DNA of 60,169 bases, counting the filler, from Hausera hauseri (lineage: Eukaryota), in assembly GCA_046269625.1 (NCBI GenBank). It is 12 parts of 12 records of this genome, joined end to end, with 100 filler letters (N's around TTAATTAATTAA, not from the genome) between each part and the next. Parts side by side here need not be neighbours in the genome. Positions count along the whole stretch, not along the records: positions 34,252 to 38,295 come from JBJURY010797757.1; positions 38,396 to 43,320 come from JBJURY010389812.1; positions 43,421 to 48,801 come from JBJURY010266731.1; positions 48,902 to 55,761 come from JBJURY010057885.1; 8 more parts are not named here. One strand, 5' to 3'. A program made the position numbers and the translations under genes. This document shows, piece after piece, positions 37,201 to 49,429 of this stretch. Position 1 is the stretch's first letter, and each line of letters begins with the position of its first letter. The notes beneath the pieces are model-generated. The model was not told the origin of the DNA. It was given only the letters and a program-made list of their open reading frames with translations, and ran no database searches.

Positions 37201-38295
37201 CTCCGAATGATACCAGATTTTTCGAGTTCGTTAAACTCTAATTCTACGGCTTTTCGTCTACGAGACGACAATGGTCTCACCTTTTGTCTGATAGGTCTTT
37301 GATGTTGGGTAACGAAGTGGTGATAAGTTGTTGACAGGGGCTTGAAGCTAGAGTCTTTTTTGAGTATGCGAAAACAAGAAGAATTGATGTAGGATTTGAG
37401 ATTGGAATCTAGTGATAAAAATGATTGAGGCGTATTATCGGAGGAGGCGGTGACTGTGATTGACAAAGAGTGGACGACGTTGTCGCCGTCACCGTTCGGT
37501 TTAACTGAATGTTTCAAAATCAACTTCGGTGTTTCTGTGTAATTGATAAAATATATAAACTACTGGATGTATCGTTATCGACCAATAAGTAATTTGCCAA
37601 ATTCACGTGTGAGTTCGCAGACGTTTGGCCTGTTGCGTTATCTGTTGGACTGTTGCTAAAGTTTACGACGGAGTCTCTACGTAGTAAACGACCATGCTTG
37701 TAGTCAACTAGCAGGTCATGTGCGGCCAAAAAATCTTATCCGATTATTGGTGATTTAATGTTGGCCACGTGGAATTTCCAGAAAAACGTGCCTGGTAAGT
37801 TTAAGAATGTAATGACTAGTTCTGTGATGCCTGTAATTCGCAAAGGTTGACCGTTGGCGGTGAAAAGCGGAGGGGAAAAATTGTCGTTGATGTAGGGGGA
37901 AAAGACAAAGGTAGGAGTGCAAAGGCAGCTCCTGAGTCGATGAGGAAATGGATATGTAAAGCATTGTTAGGGAACGGTGTAGCTTTTAACACAAAAACTG
38001 CGAAGGCGGTGTTAAGACGGCCAGAAGATTGAGCAGTATTGCCAATGCCAGAATGTGCCGTAACATCTAGCGTACTTTTTAGTTTTTTGAAGATTGTGGA
38101 GGGAAAGAAGATCACTGGTAAGCAGAAGGAGGAGGAGAAGAAAATTAAGAAAAACTGGATTTGTTTTGGTAATGTTTGCACCTTGGAACGCACGATCTGG
38201 CTAGATAATGGAATTTTGTGTGATAGATACAGATATGGCTGTCCACCGCTAATCACTCGTCATAATATCTACAACCCAAAAGACATTTATATGCA
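34252..38295 (-). mobile_element. Near-complete Ty3/Gypsy element (gag end, PR, RT, RNase H, integrase, PPT, 3' LTR head copy E)
   Basis: Gag CIYHTKFHYLARSCVPRC; FLIDSGA; RPCGDYRLLN..DAYPLP; TDASS..RELLSI..TDHKPL; integrase HHCC plus D,D35E (IHLDLV..ITDQGPQFES..NGLLERFHRT); PPT GGAGGGAGA then TGTAGTGCC at 34386. Confidence 0.96.
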
Positions 38296-38395
38296 NNNNN
38301 NNNNNNNNNNNNNNNNNNNNNNNNNNNNNNNNNNNNNNNTTAATTAATTAANNNNNNNNNNNNNNNNNNNNNNNNNNNNNNNNNNNNNNNNNNNN

Positions 38396-40330
38396 ACAAC
38401 TATCGTTACAACACTACAAAGCCACCAAAGGAACATGATAATGCTGATGATTTGTAGACAAACAACGATGAGCTCGACCGACAGACCAAGTCAACAGAGA
38501 CCAGACACTAAAAATTCAACATTCCCCACAAAACCACCAACCTTTCCACCAACGGCTCGTGATGATGATGATACTTATTAATAAAAAATGACCCAACACC
38601 ACATTCCCCTATCACTACAACGTTACCAAGACACTAAAAAGTCAACATTTCCCCATACAACACGCCCATATACAACTAAAAGTACATAACCATCACCCAA
38701 CGGCTCGTGATGATGATGCTGATAATTAATAAAAAATGACCCATCACCACATTCCCCTATCATTACAACGTTACCGAGACACTAAAAAACACGACATTTC
38801 CCCTAGCCAACTATCGTTACAACACTAAAAGCACAGAACCATCCCCCAACGGCACATGATAATGATGCTGATAATTAAAAAAAAATGACCCACCACCACA
38901 TTCCCCTAGCACTATAACGATACCGAGATACTAAAAACTTCACCAAGAAACATGGGTCCTATACAACGACGAGTCCAACTTTACCAAAAAATACATAATA
39001 AAAGAGCGACTTTGACGACACATAATAAGAAGAAGTGGGCCACAATGGGCCCAAATGACCACTTGACTACCTCAAGTAAGCCCCACAGCCAGTATTGAGA
39101 CACTTTACACGAGAAAAAACAAGCAAGAACTCGCGAAATTATACGCCTCCAAGCGGACGATAAAAAAAAAATGTTGTTGGTAGAATTTTTACGACACGCG
39201 TGTGCTGTTATACAACATTAAGATACTCGCAACCACTAAAAAAATACCCCACTTACATGACCCTGAACATGAAGAAAGAAATATCACTCTTCTATACCCC
39301 TAACTGTGACTTAAACCGCGCCCGCAACAGCAAATATCCACATATGTGTCCCTAAACCACTGCCACCGATGTAAGAAACACGACATTTACAGAAAATATC
39401 CCTCTTCCATACCCCTAAACACGACTTAAACCATGCCCGCGTCATAGAGAAACACACCATTAGCAGAAAATATGTGTCCCTAAACACGATATATCTCCCC
39501 CCAAACACAAAGAAACCACTGTAAACCACGCCCGCAACAGTAAGAAACACGTCCTTACATGTTCCAACCTGTCACTAAACGCGCTGAAGCCGACCAAAAT
39601 CCCGGCAGCGCTCTAAGACACACGACCTTAGCAGAAAATATCTCCCCCAAACACAAAGAAACCAACGTAAACCATGCCCGCCGTCGTAAGAAACACGTGC
39701 GTAACAGAAAAATAACCCTCTACTATACCCCTAAACATGACTTAAACTACGCTCGCAGCCTTAAGAAACACGCCTGTAACAGAAAATATCCCTCTTCTAT
39801 ACCCCTAAACACGACACCAAACACGTTACCGATACAAAGACACGGCACCACCACAGTCCCTTACTATACATAACTAAAGAAATTACGACATCAATATGCT
39901 GATGTCATCAAAAAAGAAGATATACACTACTACAAAGACACAACACAACTCTAACTAAAGAAGAAATTACGTCACCAAGATGTTGACTTCATCAAAAAGA
40001 ATATACACTAGCTACTACAACAAAGACACAATCCAACTAAAGAAGACATTACGTCACCAAGCCGTTGACTTCATCAAAAAAAAGATATACACTACTACGA
40101 AGACATAACACTTAACACACAACGCGTCTCACGAATAACTAAAGAGAAAAGAAATTACGTCACCAAGCTGTTGACTTCATCAAAAAGAAGATATACAGTA
40201 CTACATAGACACAACATACAACACACCAGAGTCCCTAACTAATGAGCAAAAGAACGATGATGATGACGATGCTAACTAATTAAAAAACAACGACATAATT
40301 ACTTAATTTTAAAAAAACGACACAATTACC
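38396..40330 (+). repeat. Composite A/C-rich degenerate tandem repeats (three consecutive unit families)
   Basis: ~125-150 bp unit (GACACTAAAAA..AACGGCTCGTGATGATGAT..CACCACATTCCCCTA) at 38490-38940; AGAAAATATCCCTCTTCTATACCCCTAAACACGAC unit at 39270-39820; AACTAAAGA..ATTACGTCACCAAG..GACTTCATCAAAAAG unit at 39870-40240. Confidence 0.85.
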
Positions 40331-41077
40331 CAATTTAAACAAAAAAATATGCAAGAGTTGTCTGCCTCTTCATGCGCAACCCTGAATATTCTCTTATCTC
40401 CCCTGACACGCCGACATTTTGCGCCTGAATATTTTCTTATCATCTATGCCAACCTGAATACTTTTGTCTCTTTGAGCCATTTAGCCCAGCCTGATTTGCG
40501 CGTCCGATTCCCTTACTATACTACTTACGCATTTCCCGCAACTTTAATGTCTTGAATCCTTTAAAAACCCATTAAAAATGTTCGAACTCAATACTTAGGA
40601 AATATTAGTTTTATTGACGTCCAAAGAAGGTGCCTGTGTTATCAATATCACCTCATTGCGGTACTTTGGTACATTATTCACAACAGCCTGTTCTGATTGG
40701 TTTAAGTTTAACTGCTGCTGACATCTTATTCATCAAATTATTTTTAGAACATGAACCTCAAGATTCAAGTTATAAATTAAAAATCTTGAGCATAATTAAA
40801 ATTGTGACGCAATTACAACTTTCAGTCCTATACTTCGTTTCCTAAATTTCACAAGTATCTTCATAATAAATAAATATATGAAGTCTGCAGTTTGCCACGA
40901 GTATGCTGACATATATAATAAATATATCAGCAAACCTTATATACAAGCCAGCATACAAACAGTCACTTAACTGTATATTATTACGTTTGAAAAACATTTT
41001 TTTCTGGAACATGGTCTGGTAGTTTTCAAATTATCAGAGAAATATTGTTCACATCCTTCTACATGCAGAAATAGCAC

Positions 41078-41142
41078 GTGACACAAGGATTCGAACCTCC
41101 TACCGTACACACTGAACATCTAACCGCTAGTAACTAAGCCAG
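41078..41142 (-). mobile_element. tRNA-derived SINE head
   Basis: Reverse complement TGGCTTAGTT (A-box-like)...GGTTCGAATCC (B-box); no intact cloverleaf. Confidence 0.5.
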
Positions 41143-41167
41143 TATTTGATAATAATTAAAAACAGTT

Positions 41168-41630
41168 CATCATCACCATCATGTGCCTTGTCTAAAGGTG
41201 ATGGCGATCATGTCTCTCCACATCTTTCTATCTCTTGTGCTTGATATCAAACTTGTTGATATTTTTTGTCAACGCCATGTTTGTCAAATCATCTATAATT
41301 TTCTGCCTCTGTCTTTCTTTGACTCCCTTCCCGTCTATTTTGCCTGTTGTTATTAAATTCTCCAATTCCCCCCTTTCTCATAACATATCCGAAACATTTT
41401 GATTGTCGTTTTATTAGATCTGAAGTTATTCTTCTTTTCGCATTAGTTTCTTTCAATAAATATTCATTTGACTTTTTCTCTGCCCATGACATTTTCAACA
41501 TTCTTCTCAGGAACAATATTTTTGTGGCCTCTAGATGTATTTGTTTATTCAATGTCCATGATTCACTTCCATAAAACAGTATAGGCATTATATATCTCTG
41601 TAGGACCATCTTCCTTACAAACAAATTCAG
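41168..41630 (-). mobile_element. RTE-clade LINE 3' fragment
   Basis: YIMPILFYGSESWTL...FLRRMLKMSWAEKKSNE..KRQSKCFGYVMRK; (TGA)n-like tail near 41168-41182. Confidence 0.85.
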
Positions 41631-41818
41631 TTAAAAATATTCACACTTTGTAAGTGTTAATAATAATTTATTCAATTTAATTTAACTACATGTTTGTTTC
41701 CTTCAAAGACGTTAATTTATGTGTTTTTTTCACATTATTGTTAGAACTGGTTTACAAATCTATGAACATGAAAACACAACTCGGAATAAACAAAACAACA
41801 TTGATCACCGTTATATTA

Positions 41819-42105
41819 ATCATCATCATCATCAGGTACCACGTTGTATAGCGTAGGTCATCATGGATCTCCATCCCTCGGGATTCCTGGTGTCTCCAGT
41901 CAACTCCCATTCATCCAAACCATTCAGGCATTTCATCCTCTGCCGTCCACTAATTATATTTCCTGGTATTTTGCCTGTGGTGACCAAGTTCTCCAGACCT
42001 TCTCTTCTTAAAACATGGCCAATCATAGATGTTTGTCTCTTCTAATCTTACTGATAGGAGTTATTTCTGTATATGCTTCCCGTAAAACATCTGTATTAGT
42101 TTTAT
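41819..42105 (-). mobile_element. Second RTE-clade LINE 3' fragment
   Basis: IGHVLRREGLENLVTTGKIPGNIISGRQR...WRSM, ending in a (TGA)n tail (catcatcatcatca on +). Confidence 0.85.
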
Positions 42106-43124
42106 TAATGCAATGTAATATTAATGAATAGTTACTTACCTTAACCTAATGCGTTTGAAACTGAAAAAAGTGATATAATTTGTGACAGTAAATTGACGCA
42201 GGTTTGTATTAAATCATTTGCAAGTATATTTTTTACTGCTTGTTGAGATTTATTTTGTTTAGTTTTTATAAAAAATAACACACTCAAAGCGTTTGTTGTC
42301 TCAATAAAAATGGCGATCAAAGCGTGTAGCCATTGAAAGCTACAAAAAAAAAATCAATTTTCATAAACTAATAATATTTTATGTGTATGTAAGCAGATAC
42401 ACGCTTAGATGGTTTAATACACATGATCATACGACAATAAAAATGGTTGATGGGCTTAATATATTTTTATATTCAACGTTTACAGTTGCAGAAGAATACA
42501 AATCACAAAGTCGTTATGCATAGAGAAATAGTTTTACTACACATTTTGTCACTTCCTGGATCTATACCCTTTGCATTTGTTATGCTTCTAATGATGTCTA
42601 TTTTAACTGACCAGCAATACTAATGAAATTGGATACATTTATTTTGCTTTAGTTCCGTTTTTTTTTTTTTTTGGTTATTGATACACCTTGATGGAAACAC
42701 TCACCAGTTCATTGTTGGTTGGCTGGCAGGTGTTTCTGTCACTGCGTGCGGCTACTCTTAGACCAGTCTTCATCTTTCAGTACATGTGCAAATGACGTAT
42801 TTACTTTGTCGAAAACTAATTGCAATGGCTTTCACGCATCCCAGTACCCATATAAGTGAATAGCTTTCACCATCAGGGGGATTCACAATATTTTTCTTCC
42901 GTCCAGGTACAAGATGTTTGCTCCACATCACTATTTTTTTCTGTTTTCTTGGCGCACAGCGAGGAAGTTCTGAGAGATTTTAGTCAGTGTATTAATCCTA
43001 GCCCTGATTAGAATCGCCGACAGATAACAATTTCGGAGTCTCGATCATCATTCATAGCACCAAGATTTTCAATGGAGAAGTTCGTATTTGCTTGCAGGAA
43101 GTTAGTCTTCAGCGATATATGCCA

Positions 43125-43320
43125 ATCCACCTAAAGTCTGGGGTTCAAATCCGGAGAGAGGCATCTGAGTTCAATGCAGCTGTAATTAGGTACCTCGAAA
43201 TTTAAAAGACACGGAGCTAGCCACATCACACTTTAATGCGACGATTGCCTAAAAACGTATGGTCCTAACGCCATATCCACATATACCTCAAGACATTTAA
43301 GTGACACACACACACACACA
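43125..43320 (+). mobile_element. SINE with B-box, Nin/Deu-like core and (CA)n tail
   Basis: GGTTCAAATCC, CAATGCAGCTGTAATTAGGTACC, (CA)n at the contig end. Confidence 0.45.
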
Positions 43321-44927
43321 NNNNNNNNNNNNNNNNNNNNNNNNNNNNNNNNNNNNNNNNNNNNTTAATTAATTAANNNNNNNNNNNNNNNNNNNNNNNN
43401 NNNNNNNNNNNNNNNNNNNNCAAACACGCAAACTCCACGTTTCCAATATCATTCGAACGCCCGTACCCTACTCTACACACCTTCTCTCTCTCGTCCATTA
43501 CTTCTCAAATTTTGCTTCTGGAAAAAGTTTGTATTTCTTTCTTTTGTATTTCCCGCCTTTGTCTTTTGCGACACGCAAAAACCTACCGCACCATTGAACT
43601 CGCCGATGTCGAACTGACCATAAACCGTTCATTTTCCGGCGGTAGCATCAATCGTTCCATTGAAATTCACAACTTTTACTTTCGCCTACTTTTCCTCCTC
43701 TCTCTGGCCGACTTTCCCACTTTTCCCAAACGTGCAAACACCATTTTCTGTCCTGATTCTGACATGAAATGAATTGTATGTGTCGGATATATTCTCCATT
43801 AAATTTCTTACAAGTTAAAAATTTTTGGAGATTTTAAATTCATTAACCAAGAACACTGACTCAAATTGAATTAAACAGCTATACGAATGATTTGAAGACT
43901 CTTTCGTTGCCCATATTAACATGGGTTTCAATATCAAAGGTCCTTGAATAATAATCGACAAAAGAAAACAAACTTTCCAAAACTACGAAACTAAGTTTGA
44001 TATCGCACAAATTGAAAATCGTAACTCAAGTTCTTCAAAGAAAATAGCGGAATATGTATTTATTTAAATCTTTTTCAAAAGAATTTTATTATTAAAACAA
44101 GTTCGTTTTTTCTTTTTTACATCTTTTTACAAGGCCATACGAAAAGACACACACAAGTCCGGCGAATCCGGCACATCGTCAAATTAATTGTCTTCTGGGC
44201 CGGGAACTGCTGACTGGTCTGACTACCATTATTAGTGCTGTGATGAGTGAATGGTTGATGAGACGAATTAAATTTTGCGATTGCTGTGGGAGAACCGCCG
44301 GAATCATTTATGAATTCAAATGCTATGGACTTGTCTGAATTTGTTCGGCAGCGATATTAGGTTGTTGTCTTGGAATACTGAACTGGTTTCATTCAAAAGA
44401 CACTTCACTCTCTTGAGGTTGAGCAGCATATTATACAGGTGATTCTACTCCTGCAGCGACATTTTTGATATGTAAACGATTTTCTCAAACGAGAGCTCAC
44501 TTGAGTCAACGTCGAAAAAGTCAGCTAATGGCGCTCGTTAAGGTGCTTTTTAAAGTTCTCCTCGATTTTGTTCTAATTTCTCAATCGCCTGTCGAATTTT
44601 CTGATATTTGGAGGTGAGGAAAGTATTTGCCGATATTGATTGAGCTACAAAGTTTGTAGTCGGCATCATTTTGTTGTCATTCATTTTTGGAGTGTCATTT
44701 ATCTGTAATGGCAGAATGGATAGCTAATCGGCTGACTGAATGAGACTGCCGAAATTGAGTGCCTCATTGATCATGTTCAGGGCGATCATATTGTCCGCAA
44801 TTGTGCCGCTGTTACCTCCGCCAATGAAAAATGATTGGTTGTTCGGAGTGGCACATGGGTAAGGCACCATTGACTTGCTGGCACCACTGAATAGTGTGGA
44901 CTTTAATGAATTGTTTTGCATTAGTTT

Positions 44928-45034
44928 CTGAAGCGGGAGATAGGGCCCGACTATAAACCCAACGCGGCAGCAACGGAGGCCCGGCCGTGCCCGACCAAAT
45001 GGGCCAAAGGACACCGGCCACTGTGTGCACTACA
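44928..45034 (-). mobile_element. Long LTR head (copy C), abutting the integrase tail of another Gypsy copy
   Basis: TGTAGTGCACACAGTGGCCGGTGTCCTTTGGCCCATTTGGTCGGGCACGGCCGGGCCTCCG...GGGCCCTATCTCCC; abuts NNVHISNLKPAFF. Confidence 0.85.
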
Positions 45035-45630
45035 ACAACGTTCATATTTCGAATCTGAAGCCCGCTTTCTTTATTGATGTCAATCCGGATGCCAATTTTA
45101 CCTCCAATTCGAACTCAACTCTTACTCCTCACATGCCGTCCTCAGATTTTCTAAATGACTTTGCGCCGTTGCAGCAATCACTTTTCTGTACTTCCCCTTC
45201 ATCATCTCCACCACTTTCTTCACCTTCATTACCTACATCGACTGTTTCATCGCCTTCAATTGAATCGCTTTTTTATTTGACCCATTCTCGTTACCACCTT
45301 CATTATCTTTATCACAAGCAACACCGGACACTCAACCAGATAATTTCACAAAACTTCTATCACAGAATGTCGCTCAACATCCAAACACAAATCAATCAAG
45401 TAAGGCACGCAGTGACATTAGCACCTACAGAAAGGAAAAGTTCTTTAATGGTACACAACGCCTGATACATACTAAAACCGAATAGGCATTAAAAATTGTT
45501 CCTTTGTTGCGATTCATTGTTTTCATCTTTATTATTTTTATCATTCTTTTTTACATTTACATAGTTTCTCTTCTGCCACAGGGGGTGATGTGGTGCTGCG
45601 GTGCTGGACACAACTCGTCTTCCCATCAAA
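45035..45630 (+). mobile_element. Gypsy 3' end with PPT and short LTR head (copy F)
   Basis: VHISNLKPAFF, S/P-rich tail, GTQRLIHTK, then AGGGGGTGA followed by TGTGGTGCTGCGG at 45589. Confidence 0.85.
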
Positions 45631-46481
45631 ATGCTGGTCGAGTGAATGAAGAATTTCATCAGAAAGTATGTCAAAATTGCACAGTCCATCAAAAGTCCCA
45701 GTGATTATGCCATCTACATTGCTCACAAACAGTTTCCGCAATGAAATCAAGATATCTCCCAATCGAATCATCGGAACCGGCTTCGCGTCGCCGGAGCGTT
45801 ACCTTCAATAACCAAGTTGAAGTAAAGGAATTCTCTGGTAATTCGTTTGACAGTGACCAAGCGATGCATCGGACGTCAGTGCCAGCGGCGATACAGCTTT
45901 GAAATTAAATCGCGATATCGACCGAATGCGTGAAAAGATTTGTGAAAAACGTACGAATTCGTCGATGAAATCGTTATATTCAACACCATTCGGTGGAAAA
46001 TCGGTTACTAACAAATCATCAGATCTTGCCGATTTGATAACAAGCCGGTGAAAGGTGGAAGTATCACACACGGAAACTGGTCTGACTGGAGTTCAGAGTG
46101 GAATGCTGAGTAGAAGTGGAGCATTGAAAAATGTCACTGTACGATCGAAAACTCCAGAATCCGTTGCAATGTGAAAAATCTACCAGTCGTCAAGTCAGCA
46201 GCAAACAAAAGCAACAGAGGAAAGTATTGCCAGTGAGTTGTCTGACGAAGAAAATGAAAAACAAACCGGTGGTATGCGGTGTTCAATTATGTAAAAGATT
46301 CATTGTTGGTTCTCATGTCTACATGCACTAACGCTGTACTTTACACTTATCTTTATGATTAAGGAAAATTGATGAAATTGATTACATGTTAGTTTAAAAA
46401 ATATATACATTTTGTACGGAGTTAATTGTTGCTACTGATTGAATTTACTCTAAACATGCTACGAAAATTGATTCTATAGGA

Positions 46482-47871
46482 CAGCCGACAGCATTTCGCA
46501 CAGTTGCTGGATGAAGCGCCAAAACATTTCTCAAAACCGAAGCTGCATCAAAAGAAGGTTATAGTTACTGCTTGGATCTCGAAAACTTCATTCAGTATCT
46601 GAAGAATGGCCAAGACCTGTTGACGCATTTCCAAAACAAAAAATTGACGACGCAGTCACTGTAGATTGCACTGGTAAAAATAAGTGATTTCCACCACCAG
46701 ATCAGAAATATTTCCTGAAGTCATTTTTTTGATTTGCAGAATTATTTCCAAAAACCCTAGACAGCTTCATCGAGTTAGAAAAGAACTGCATTTGATGTCG
46801 TTGCATTCGGTGTTGCTGCATTAAACCCGGATCCGAAATCAGTGGATTGGCCATTAAATATCGAAGAATTATTCCCAGTATTAGTTGAACCCAATCCAGT
46901 ATTAGTTGACCTAAAATTAAAACTACTATTAGCAGCTGCTGCTATGGCCGCAAAACATGGAATTCGAAAAAAATTCCAAATTCTGATTTGTTTTCGAATT
47001 ATTACCAATACTGAGCATAATACTTCGTTGATTGCTACCGAATACATTACCACTAGGCCGAAATATTGCACTTGACGCATTTGTAGAAGTACTACCCAGA
47101 TGAAGGTGACCTATACATCCCGTGTGCACTGATATTGTTAGATCCAAATGGAAATGAATTGTTCATTCTTGTAAATTTTAATTCTAATTAAATTTCTAAA
47201 TTTAAAAATACACAGCAGTTTGACAAATTTCTAAAACGTATCTGCATCAAGAAATTTAAATGACTTTCCAAGAAGAATATATTTCAAAAATTCAAAGTAG
47301 ACAGTCAATTTTTTGAATATTTAAACAATGTTTATACACAACTAATCATGAGGCTAATGTGGGCGGTCGGCAAGTGGTTTCACTGCAACTTTGTAAATTC
47401 TGGCGAAACCGTCATATAAGAAAGGTATTGCCAGAAAGTCGACAAAATGCACCAAAACTGCAACATTTATGGTCAGAATTGGTCAATCAAAAAGGTCTAA
47501 TTCTTCTGCATGACAACGTCTCACAAATTACTGCGCAAAAATTGAACAAAGTGGGATACGAAACTGTACCTCACCCAGCTTACTCACCAGACCTCTCATC
47601 GACCGACTACCGTTTTTTCAAGCACCTCCAAGACTTCCTGCAAAAAAGAAGGTCTTCAACAGCCAAGCAGTAGCTCAAAATGCCTTTTAGGAATTCATTG
47701 GTACTAAAACTCCGGAATTTTATGTTGCCGGAATAAATAGACTTGCTTCTTGTTGGCAAAGATGCATAGATTTTAATGGTTATTTTGATTAATAAACTTT
47801 ATTCTAAGCTGAAATATATCGCTTTAAACTTTATAGTTAAAAACCGCTATTATATTTGCACAAACATAATA
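46482..47871 (+). mobile_element. Mariner (cecropia/Hsmar1-like) remnant interrupted by a ~780-bp insert
   Basis: EAPKHFSKPKLHQKKVIVTAW | ...LLHDN...PHPAYSPDLSSTDYRFFKHL...WQRCID; 3' TIR AAAAACCGCTATTATATTTGCACAAACATAA near 47840-47870. Confidence 0.9.
46580..47166 (-). pseudogene. FG-nucleoporin-like N-terminal fragment
   Basis: MNNSFPFGSNN...GNVFGSN...SFNFRSTNTGLGSTNTGNNSSIFNGQSTDFGSGFN...GFGNN...FCFGNASTG; S/T/N-rich FG repeats; frameshifted. Confidence 0.55.
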
Positions 47872-48901
47872 ATTGATTATAGTTGCTCATATGGCAGTCT
47901 ATAACCAACCACACATACATAATTAATTATCATCGAAACAATAATTTATGACGAAAAAAGGAAATTGACAATTATGTGCTTCAAAAATATAATCAAAAGT
48001 ACCCACTTCTCCTGATTACATCAGATATTTTGACCTCTGTACAGAAGTAGATATTTTCAAAATTGTTGCTTTTCCGTTCAAAATATATCTTCAGAATTTC
48101 TGCATAAAGTTCCTACTTTTTTGTAATTTTGATCTCCGTTCAGACGTTGCAATTACATCTTTTTTTGTCGAAACTGAGCACGGAAAATCACTAAAATTGA
48201 ATTTTTGATAATATAGAAGTTCAAATTTTCAGTCGCAAGAACGCATAAACCAAGCAAGAATTTAATTGATTATGCAAGTAGGTGAAAACGCAGTGTCCAG
48301 AACAAGGATAGCATATGAGCACACATTTGCGACATGAACACGCATGTCTAGCATGTGAGCACAAATATAGATAATGTAAAAGCACGAGCATGAGAAAACA
48401 TGAAATTTTTTCACGCTCTCTTACTAAGTACGTAATGTTAGGATTGTGATAAAGTTAATAATCAATGAGCTCGCATGGTAACTACCCCCATGGCCCTGCT
48501 AATGCCCTCTTTTTACCCCATAGGGTGCAGCGAGGAGTCAGTTTTGCATGAGGTTTATTTAAGGAAATTTAAAATGTTCTACATAGTTTTATAATACATA
48601 TTTTTACTCACTAAACAGCGAGACGTTTGTTCTACATTAATTATTTACTCCCTCCTTTCTTAGACATTTAATCATCCTGTTTGATTAAAATATTAGAAAA
48701 TCTACCATAACACGTTTCTCAGAACTGAGCAGTAGCATTTTCGGATAAGAATAATAAAACATTAAAATATTTATTTACAAATAATTGCATGTCAGTTTCG
48801 TNNNNNNNNNNNNNNNNNNNNNNNNNNNNNNNNNNNNNNNNNNNNTTAATTAATTAANNNNNNNNNNNNNNNNNNNNNNNNNNNNNNNNNNNNNNNNNNN
48901 N

Positions 48902-49200
48902 TTGTTATTGCAGTACATCTTGTGCTCGGCAAGCTTCAGTACAGCTATATCGCCCCTGAAATGGGACAAGCATCATTTGCATATTTCTATTTGTCCATGA
49001 TGTTTCGTAATTTGTGGTCTGACTAGGCGCTCAAAGTCTTTGATCCAAACATAACGTTTCCTTTCTCCATCGTCTAGTAGGAGCAGATCCTTATCATCTT
49101 CTAATTCAGTATAGAATTTATCATCCTCATCCAATCCCAAGATATTGATTGATATATTGTTGTCAACATGTTGCACTTGTATTTCCAACATACTGCATTT
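48902..49200 (-). pseudogene. Polinton/adintovirus pPolB N-terminal fragment
   Basis: NNISINILG...DLLLL...RYVWIKDFERLVRPQITKHHG..ICK*CLSHF...L.EHKMYC. Confidence 0.8.
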
Positions 49201-49429
49201 GTACACTTATTTTAATGCATCAATTGCATGAACTTGCCACGTAATTTGATTGACTTAAACAGAAACTTGCTCAAATACACACATGAATCCGTCAATATGC
49301 TACTTGTATTGTCATCGTATTGCATATGTCTTATCAACGTGTTGCATTTATTTTAATGCATTAATTGCATAAAATTGTTACATCCGCTAAATTTTTTTCA
49401 TCGTCATGAAATTCGCAGTGAAACAACAT

